Below, piece by piece: positions 36,968 to 43,682 of a DNA stretch of 64,000 nt (position 1 is its first letter; every line of letters starts with the position of its first letter). The notes below the pieces were generated by a model. It made no database searches. It had not been told where the DNA came from and worked only from the letters and a program-made list of their open reading frames with translations. The translations under genes and the position numbers were made by a program. Origin of the DNA: a bacterium (lineage in GTDB: Bacteria; Patescibacteriota; Saccharimonadia; Saccharimonadales; SZUA-47); contig RFTN01000003.1 in NCBI GenBank assembly GCA_009923445.1, positions 65,260 through 129,259 on the forward strand, given 5' to 3'.

Positions 36968-37261
36968 TTATGTTTGATTATTAATAGTATCTATAACTAC
37001 TGATGAAATTAAATTATATATTTCTTGTTTTTCTTCATTAGAATACCCCATTTTTAAATCAGGGGTTTGTTCTAATTCGAATCCAGGATAATATTTATTG
37101 CATAAAGCACCAATAAATTTTACACTAATTCTATCATCCACAACCTTTTTATTATCCAATATATATTTTATTTTATTAATAATATCTTCATCTTCATGAT
37201 ACTTATTTTGCAATCTATTACACAACCAACTTAAAAAATTAGCACATTCAATGTTATTCAT
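36968..37261 (-). CDS. hypothetical protein
   Basis: 97 aa ORF with GGAGG 7 nt upstream and its own promoter-like site. Confidence 0.5.
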   Translation of the reverse strand: MNNIECANFLSWLCNRLQNKYHEDEDIINKIKYILDNKKVVDDRISVKFIGALCNKYYPGFELEQTPDLKMGYSNEEKQEIYNLISSVVIDTINNQT

Positions 37262-37280
37262 GCCAAATCCTCCGTAAGCT

Positions 37281-37309
37281 AGTGTAACTTATGGGTGCAT
37301 ATCGGTCAA
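37281..37309 (-). promoter_or_regulatory. sigma70-like promoter TTGACC-17-TACACT
   Basis: Minus strand atTTGACCgatatgcacccataagtTACACT, then GGAGG and ATG 37261. Confidence 0.5.
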
Positions 37310-37311
37310 AT

Positions 37312-37854
37312 TTATTTTTTATTATCATATACAAAAACGTCAGTATTAGTCCAAATATCATCAATTAAATAGCTAATAAAACCCCAATTACCACCAGCTA
37401 GACCGCTACCAAATTTTGGAGCATGTATCTGAATATTATTATCTTTTTTATTATCTTGAATATATTTAACAATATTCACCATACATCTACATAATGCTAA
37501 ATAATTTAGAGGCCTCTTATTATTTTTAGAAATTAAACCATTTTGCGCAATCATATTACAAAAAACAATTTCAGAATTATTTTTTAGACTATTAGGAATA
37601 TTAATAAATTGAGTATAACCAAGGTTTCTTTTTAAGAAAGATGGTCCGAGCATATGGTAGTTATCTTTGACTATTGGATATTTTCTAGCTACAGCACCAG
37701 CAAAACCAGCACCAAAAGCATCAACATTATTGCAAACGTGTGGAACTAGTACTGTTAAACTGTGATTATTTTTAATGAGATTATCTATATGGTTAAATAG
37801 ATCATCTTTAATTAAATTAAAATTATATTGATTGTTTATTGTTGAAATGGGCAT
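37312..37854 (-). CDS. macro domain protein (ADP-ribose binding/hydrolase family)
   Basis: VLVPHVCNNVDAFGAGFAGAVARKYP and IHAPKFGSGLAGGNW match macro-domain motifs (N..g.mGaGiA; G.GlaGg.W). Confidence 0.65.
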   Translation of the reverse strand: MPISTINNQYNFNLIKDDLFNHIDNLIKNNHSLTVLVPHVCNNVDAFGAGFAGAVARKYPIVKDNYHMLGPSFLKRNLGYTQFINIPNSLKNNSEIVFCNMIAQNGLISKNNKRPLNYLALCRCMVNIVKYIQDNKKDNNIQIHAPKFGSGLAGGNWGFISYLIDDIWTNTDVFVYDNKK

Positions 37855-37888
37855 AATACTTCTCCATTGAATGGTTTCACCATATCAA

Positions 37889-37916
37889 ATAATAAGAGTT
37901 CCAATAGAGAAGTCAA
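37889..37916 (-). promoter_or_regulatory. possible sigma70-like promoter TTGACT-16-TATTAT
   Basis: Minus strand atatTTGACTtctctattggaactctTATTAT upstream of the macro-domain gene (GGAGA ribosome-binding site). Confidence 0.35.
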
Positions 37917-37931
37917 ATATGTAATTTTTAA

Positions 37932-39065
37932 TCAACATCGTGAGGCATCAGGATAAGGAGAACCTCCACTATTGATACATGAACTATAGCTGGTATACGA
38001 ACACAATTCATTTTTTTTGCAATATACAGCAAAATCACAACCGTTGTATGCGTCATATGCTTGTGCGCATGTTATAGGCTCTTTAGTTATTTTATCAAAA
38101 TAAGGAGTTCCACCTAATAATGAGCATAATAGAACGGTAACATCCAAACAACTTGGTAAAAGTATCATTAAATAATCATGACAACAAGCAGTTACAGGGT
38201 TTGGGGCTAATGTGGTTGTTCCAGCAAGAGTGGTTGTTGGTACATTCTCTGGAGTAAAAATAGGCGGGGAGTTTGAATCATTAGGCAATTCCCATTTATA
38301 ATTACCTATAATATTTGGAAATGGTATTGTGCCAGTGAGACCATATATGAATATACCTCCATCCACACATTCTTCTGCTGAGGATGCTGTGACACATATT
38401 GGAGCTATGTCAGGATTAAAAGGATCTTCAGAATCAAAACTACAACACCAGGCTGTTTGTGGGCAAGAACCACACCCTGTTGTACCATTATTTTTAACAA
38501 ACCTATTATTTTCTGGAGTATTTTGTTCATATTTATTATTATTTTGATCAAATTGATATGTATTATTACAATTATTAGGATTAGAACAATAAAATCCTCT
38601 TTTATCCGTACACTCTGCACAATTACCTACAATTTCACCAACACATTGAAGCGATGAATCAACTTCAGTACAAGTTCCGTTAGGTTCGCAGCATTTTACT
38701 TTTGGGCAAACACTAACATCTACACAAGTTGGAACTATAACGCCCCCAGCATTGATACAGTCTTGTGGAGGTATATTATCACTACATGTACTAGACGAAG
38801 GATAACAACATGATATTGGTTGTGGTGTTGTAGTAGTTGTAGATGTTGTGGTTGTGGTAGTTGTGGTTGTGGTTGTGGTTGTGGTTGTGCTAGTTGGACA
38901 TTCATCTGCCCATATATTATAGCTTCTATTAGCATTGTTTTGTGGAGATTCTTGTTCACACCATTCTTGTGTTGATCTATTGATAGTGTCTATTAGTTGT
39001 CTATCTTTATCATATTGACAACATTTTTTAATAGTTATACATGGTTGAGATGTGGTAGTTGGCAT
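37932..39065 (-). CDS. Thr-rich, Cys-rich modular protein (family member 2)
   Basis: 377 aa; poly-Thr tract then dense cysteine modules (ISCCYPSS, KVKCCEPNG, AWCCSFDS, TACCHDY). Confidence 0.7.
   Translation of the reverse strand: MPTTTSQPCITIKKCCQYDKDRQLIDTINRSTQEWCEQESPQNNANRSYNIWADECPTSTTTTTTTTTTTTTTTSTTTTTPQPISCCYPSSSTCSDNIPPQDCINAGGVIVPTCVDVSVCPKVKCCEPNGTCTEVDSSLQCVGEIVGNCAECTDKRGFYCSNPNNCNNTYQFDQNNNKYEQNTPENNRFVKNNGTTGCGSCPQTAWCCSFDSEDPFNPDIAPICVTASSAEECVDGGIFIYGLTGTIPFPNIIGNYKWELPNDSNSPPIFTPENVPTTTLAGTTTLAPNPVTACCHDYLMILLPSCLDVTVLLCSLLGGTPYFDKITKEPITCAQAYDAYNGCDFAVYCKKNELCSYTSYSSCINSGGSPYPDASRC
38821..38895 (-). repeat. poly-threonine coding tract
   Basis: Uninterrupted ggt/tgt/agt triplets on the plus strand; about 24 Thr in a row. 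Confidence 0.9.
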
Positions 39066-39075
39066 AATGGTTTTC

Positions 39076-40686
39076 CTATGCTATATTGATTGGGCCTAAT
39101 GATAAGTTATTACCAAAAATATAAGCTAAATGTGTTGGTACAGACTGTCCATTGATGGTATAGTTAACTTGCGGATCTCCAAGAGCTTCTTCCCAAGATA
39201 TTCTATGTCTTAATACTCCGTCTACTAATTTAGTTTCATTATTTGATATTGATCCTGAGCCATTAAAAGCGTCTATAGTAGCAGCAAAATCATATGATCT
39301 AAACCACGAAGTAAACCCTGCAAAGCTAGTATTTCCTGCAACAAGAGGAGTTATATATTTATATAATTGTACTGTTTCAATTAAATATTTTTTAAAATAA
39401 AAGTTATTATAAGCAGCTTTAAGGGTTGCTGTATTAATTCCATTTTTAATAATAATATTTTCATTACTATCTTTATAGTCATATAAACTATTTATAATAA
39501 TATCATCATTTGATTGTTTAGTATCATTAACCCATTGTTTATATATTTTAGATGCTTCACAAATATTTATATAATAAGATCGACATCTAATCCAATGATT
39601 CATAAAAATAGCCTGTTGGATAATTTCTTTTTGATCACTATTGAAATCTAAGATTGACGCTCCAAACTGAGAGTGTAAAATATTCAAATTAATGTTTCTG
39701 GGCCATCCATCGGGAAATAATGATTGTACTATATCGTCTACAGGATAGCCGTCCTCTGTCCAACCAAACCAAGGATCTTTTAAGGCTTGTTTGATAGACG
39801 GAATACTCCATTGCCATGTATTATTTTGTGGGGTCAAACTAGGTTCTGGAGTCGTAGTGGTTATATTATCTGTACATGCTAGAGAATTCCATCCAGTAAT
39901 ATATGAATTATTATTAGTAATATCAGATAAAGATGCTATATAGTTTTTAATTATATTTTTACCTTCAGAATCATTATTGATAAAGCTATATACTTTATTA
40001 TTATTGATATAGTCATTATGTGTTGTGTTGTTAGGTTCTGTAGTTTGATAAATAAAATTAGATTGTGATAAAAAGCTTTCATAATCAGCAATCATTCTTT
40101 TTTTAGGCTGATCTTTGGGAAAAGAAGAATTTGAAATATATTTCATTACTTCAAAAATATAACCACCAACTTTTTCAAGTTTACAAATATTATTTAATAT
40201 AAACATGCCTTCGGTCATAATAACGCTGGTTGTATCATATGTATTATCTATATTATTTTTTTTAATTCCTAACCCTCTGTGTTGTTTTGTTTCACATTGC
40301 CAACCCAATGGATTACCAAATACTATAAGATTTTCAATAAATAAATTCCCAGGAGCATATAAAGCATTTATTCTTTTACCCCATACAGAAGATATTGTTC
40401 CACCAAATTCTGGTTTAAGTTTTTCAATATATAATAATGTATAATGTGTTTCTCCCACAGGTATAAATAAATTTTCTGCTAAAAAATGTCTGTTATACCA
40501 TTCATTTACAAAAGTATCACTAATTGAAAAGGATGGTAGCGTATACGGTGGCCATGTCCAATAAGTATCTGGTGGTCCTTGGGGTGTTGGAACAGTACAG
40601 CATCCGCCGACGATACCATTATTTTGGTCTGAACCATTACCTCCACCGCCTCCTAAAATAGTTATTTTATTTGATTTAATAGTCAT
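39076..40686 (-). CDS. hypothetical protein (536 aa)
   Basis: Long ORF between family members 2 and 3; N-terminal GGGGGNG..GGCC, no recognised domain. Confidence 0.55.
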   Translation of the reverse strand: MTIKSNKITILGGGGGNGSDQNNGIVGGCCTVPTPQGPPDTYWTWPPYTLPSFSISDTFVNEWYNRHFLAENLFIPVGETHYTLLYIEKLKPEFGGTISSVWGKRINALYAPGNLFIENLIVFGNPLGWQCETKQHRGLGIKKNNIDNTYDTTSVIMTEGMFILNNICKLEKVGGYIFEVMKYISNSSFPKDQPKKRMIADYESFLSQSNFIYQTTEPNNTTHNDYINNNKVYSFINNDSEGKNIIKNYIASLSDITNNNSYITGWNSLACTDNITTTTPEPSLTPQNNTWQWSIPSIKQALKDPWFGWTEDGYPVDDIVQSLFPDGWPRNINLNILHSQFGASILDFNSDQKEIIQQAIFMNHWIRCRSYYINICEASKIYKQWVNDTKQSNDDIIINSLYDYKDSNENIIIKNGINTATLKAAYNNFYFKKYLIETVQLYKYITPLVAGNTSFAGFTSWFRSYDFAATIDAFNGSGSISNNETKLVDGVLRHRISWEEALGDPQVNYTINGQSVPTHLAYIFGNNLSLGPINIA

Positions 40687-40697
40687 ATTATAAATTC

Positions 40698-43682
40698 CTA
40701 ATTAGTGGTTGGTGCTAAAGTGGTTGTTGGGGCTACCGTTGTTGTAGGTCTTATTGTTGTGGTTGGAACTACCGTTGTTGTAGGTGTAATTGTTGTTGGA
40801 GCTACCGTTGTTATAGGAGCTATTGTTGTTGGGGCTACCGTTGTTGTAGTTGGTGGACAATTAATACTATTACACATTACATTAGCATAAAACTGTTCAT
40901 TAGGACCATCACAAATTGGTCTAGGTATATTATCAGCACAATAATAATCATTAGCACCATTACGGAGACAACATGCTCCTGGTGATTGCGTGGTTGTTGT
41001 TGATGTAGTGGTTGTTGATGTTGTTGATGTTGTTGATGTAGTGGTTGTTGTTCTGTTAAAACCTGTCTCTCCGCAATTTGGTATGGCTGGACTTGAAGTT
41101 GTACTGGTAGGAGACAATCTTGTTGGGCATTTAAGAACTAGAGTATCCTCATATGCAAAATCAAGAAAAACTTGTATAGTTATAACTCCTCTGGTTGGAT
41201 GCGTAAACTGCAAGTTAACAGGAACACCCAGTTGATTTTGCCATTCTTCTATTGTGCTTTGTGGCATTGGAGAATTTGACGATTTAATGATTCTAAAGTA
41301 TGAATTATCACTATAATCAATAGTGAAATTTCTCCACACATTATAATTTTGTTCTGGACTTCTAGCAGGATTATCTATAATAAAACTATTATCTCCGACT
41401 AATGAAGATATATTTAATTCATCAAAACAATAATTATCTCTTATGGGTATATTTGACACATTACAATCACAATTATCAGTTTCTGATGTCGGATCTGGAT
41501 ATACACAAACATCTCCAAAAGGAGGAGAATAATATTCTAAAGCAGTTAAGGAATAATCACATCCTGGCAAATTGGTGCGTTTGTAAACTATATTAAACGA
41601 ACCTAGAGATTGGGTGCTGCATTTCTGCCAACAAGCACAATTTATCGGGGTAGATGTTGTTGGAACAACAGTTGTAGATGTTGTTGTGCTAGTGGTTGTT
41701 GTAGTATTAGGTCCACAATTAATATCATCACAAATAGCATTAAGATAAAAAGTAGCATTATAATTATTAATACAAATTAATTGAGGTATATTGTTAGCAC
41801 AATAATAATTATTTTGATTATTTACACAGCATGCTCCAAACGGAGGCGGTGTAGTTGTGGTCGTTGCACAAAAATTAATATCTGCACAAGACTGTTGAGG
41901 ATAAAAAGTTTTCTTAAATGGTCCAGTACCACCGCCTGTACAAAGAGGCTGTCTAATATTATCATAACAAAGAGCGGGAACTCCCTCTCCATCGCCGTTA
42001 CAACACGCTCCAAAACATCTACTACTTGGTAATGCCTCGTTACACTCTTGTTCAGAAATGTATTCGCCACCTGTTTCAATATAAGATGGTAATTGATAAC
42101 AATAGGCCATAACCTCTATTTGATCACCACAATTAATAGACCATCTCTTAGGAACATTAGTTGTTGAGGTTGTGCTTGTAGTCGTGGTGGTTGTGGTCGT
42201 TGTGGTCGTTGTGGTCGTTGTGCTAGTGGTTGTGGTCGTTGTGGGAATAGTTGTTGTAGAAGTCGTACCGCCACCGCACATATTCATACTACACATTTTA
42301 GTAGCAAAAAATACAGAAAATAGACTTGCTGGCAATGGAGCACTACACTGTTGTTTAGTAAGATTATTTACACAATCCATGTATGTCATACTACCATCTA
42401 TTGGATTAACAACAAAATAACAACATGCTCCTGGTACTGATGGTGAAATTGTAGTTGTAGTTGTAGTTGTAGTTGTAGATGTTGCGGGAGGCTGAGTGGT
42501 AGTTGACGTTGCAGCTGGTGTGGTGGTTGTTGTACGACTATCATAAGTAAGACTATTTGTAATAACCTCATTTGTACTTGTTTGATTTGATCCACCGATA
42601 TTATATATTATTCTAACTTTAAAAATAACAGTACCAGAAAAATATTGATTATTATTTAATGGAAATATTGGGAAAGCATATACCGTATTTGGTAAACGTG
42701 CTAAATCTGATGTCATATTACCATATATAGTTTTATAGTATGGTGATTGTTCGGATGTCATCCAAATACCAGAAATATTATAAGAAACATAAACTCTAAT
42801 ATATCCTATATTTGTAGAATATGACGATATTGGTAAACAAGCATTATTATATCTTAATTGTATTGATGCAATGGGTTCTCCTGGGATACTAGGCTTATCA
42901 TCGAACCATCCTGCATTAGCAGTAATAATTGAACACTTATCATCACTGAATGGTGGAATAGTGGTTGTAGGTCCGCTAGTAGTGGTAACTCCGCTGGTTG
43001 TGGTAACTCCGCTGGTGGTGGTAACTCCGCTGGTTGTGGTAACTCCGCTGGTTGTGGTAACTCCGCTGGTGGTGGTAGGTCCGCTAGTAGTTGTAACTCC
43101 GCTGGTTGTGGTTATATTAGCCGTAGTTGTGGGAGCGAGAGTGGTGGAAGAACAAAATTGATAATTATATACCCCTGGAAAATCTATCCATGGACTAATA
43201 GGACCATTAATATTAAATAGATAAAATTCAACACTAATAGATCTAATTCTAAATATTAAACTATTATTATTTAATGGTAATTCTATATATACGGTATATA
43301 TTCCGCCGCCGGTGGTGTCGGCTTTAACAAACCTTCTATCAAAAACAGAAAAATTAATAATATTAATAGCTTCTATTTCAAAAGCTTTAATATTAGTATT
43401 AATGTTTGGATGAGCAAATTTTAGTACTATATATTTTACATTTTGTTGCGGACTAGATAAATTGTCGTAACATCCAATAGAAATAATTTTTGGAGGAGGT
43501 AATTCTGTTGTTGGTGTTTCGGTGGTTGTGACCCCTCTGGTAGTTGTAACTCCGCTGGTTGTGGTAACTCCGCTGGTGGTGGTAACTCCGCTGGTTGTGG
43601 TAACTCCGCTGGTTGTGGTAACTCCGCTGGTTGTGGTAACTCCGCCCAGGATGTAACATCTGTACCATCTCCTAAAGACCAA
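40698..43682 (-). CDS. giant Thr/Cys-rich modular fibre protein, distal part (probably the 3' portion of a single roughly 1,880-codon gene)
   Basis: 994 aa from a weak TTG start. Alternates TSG[VP]TT linkers, beta-sandwich-like modules and four G-A-C-C cysteine modules. Its frame is -1 relative to the upstream ORF. Confidence 0.7.
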   Translation of the reverse strand: MVFRRWYRCYILGGVTTTSGVTTTSGVTTTSGVTTTSGVTTTSGVTTTRGVTTTETPTTELPPPKIISIGCYDNLSSPQQNVKYIVLKFAHPNINTNIKAFEIEAINIINFSVFDRRFVKADTTGGGIYTVYIELPLNNNSLIFRIRSISVEFYLFNINGPISPWIDFPGVYNYQFCSSTTLAPTTTANITTTSGVTTTSGPTTTSGVTTTSGVTTTSGVTTTSGVTTTSGVTTTSGPTTTIPPFSDDKCSIITANAGWFDDKPSIPGEPIASIQLRYNNACLPISSYSTNIGYIRVYVSYNISGIWMTSEQSPYYKTIYGNMTSDLARLPNTVYAFPIFPLNNNQYFSGTVIFKVRIIYNIGGSNQTSTNEVITNSLTYDSRTTTTTPAATSTTTQPPATSTTTTTTTTTISPSVPGACCYFVVNPIDGSMTYMDCVNNLTKQQCSAPLPASLFSVFFATKMCSMNMCGGGTTSTTTIPTTTTTTSTTTTTTTTTTTTTTTSTTSTTNVPKRWSINCGDQIEVMAYCYQLPSYIETGGEYISEQECNEALPSSRCFGACCNGDGEGVPALCYDNIRQPLCTGGGTGPFKKTFYPQQSCADINFCATTTTTPPPFGACCVNNQNNYYCANNIPQLICINNYNATFYLNAICDDINCGPNTTTTTSTTTSTTVVPTTSTPINCACWQKCSTQSLGSFNIVYKRTNLPGCDYSLTALEYYSPPFGDVCVYPDPTSETDNCDCNVSNIPIRDNYCFDELNISSLVGDNSFIIDNPARSPEQNYNVWRNFTIDYSDNSYFRIIKSSNSPMPQSTIEEWQNQLGVPVNLQFTHPTRGVITIQVFLDFAYEDTLVLKCPTRLSPTSTTSSPAIPNCGETGFNRTTTTTSTTSTTSTTTTSTTTTQSPGACCLRNGANDYYCADNIPRPICDGPNEQFYANVMCNSINCPPTTTTVAPTTIAPITTVAPTTITPTTTVVPTTTIRPTTTVAPTTTLAPTTN
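40701..40855 (-). repeat. approx. 24-nt coding repeat (TTVAPTTx C-terminal tail)
   Basis: Encodes TTVAPTTIAPITTVAPTTITPTTTVVPTTTIRPTTTVAPTTTLAPTTN at the protein C-terminus. Confidence 0.8.
42158..42268 (-). repeat. poly-Thr/Ser coding tract
   Basis: gtcgtggtggttgtggtcgttgtggtc... encodes TTTTTSTTTTTTTTTTTTTTTSTTSTT. Confidence 0.9.
42958..43130 (-). repeat. 18-nt tandem repeat array 1 (ggtaactccgctggttgt; TSGVTT linker)
   Basis: About 9 near-identical in-frame units read directly from the sequence. Confidence 0.95.
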
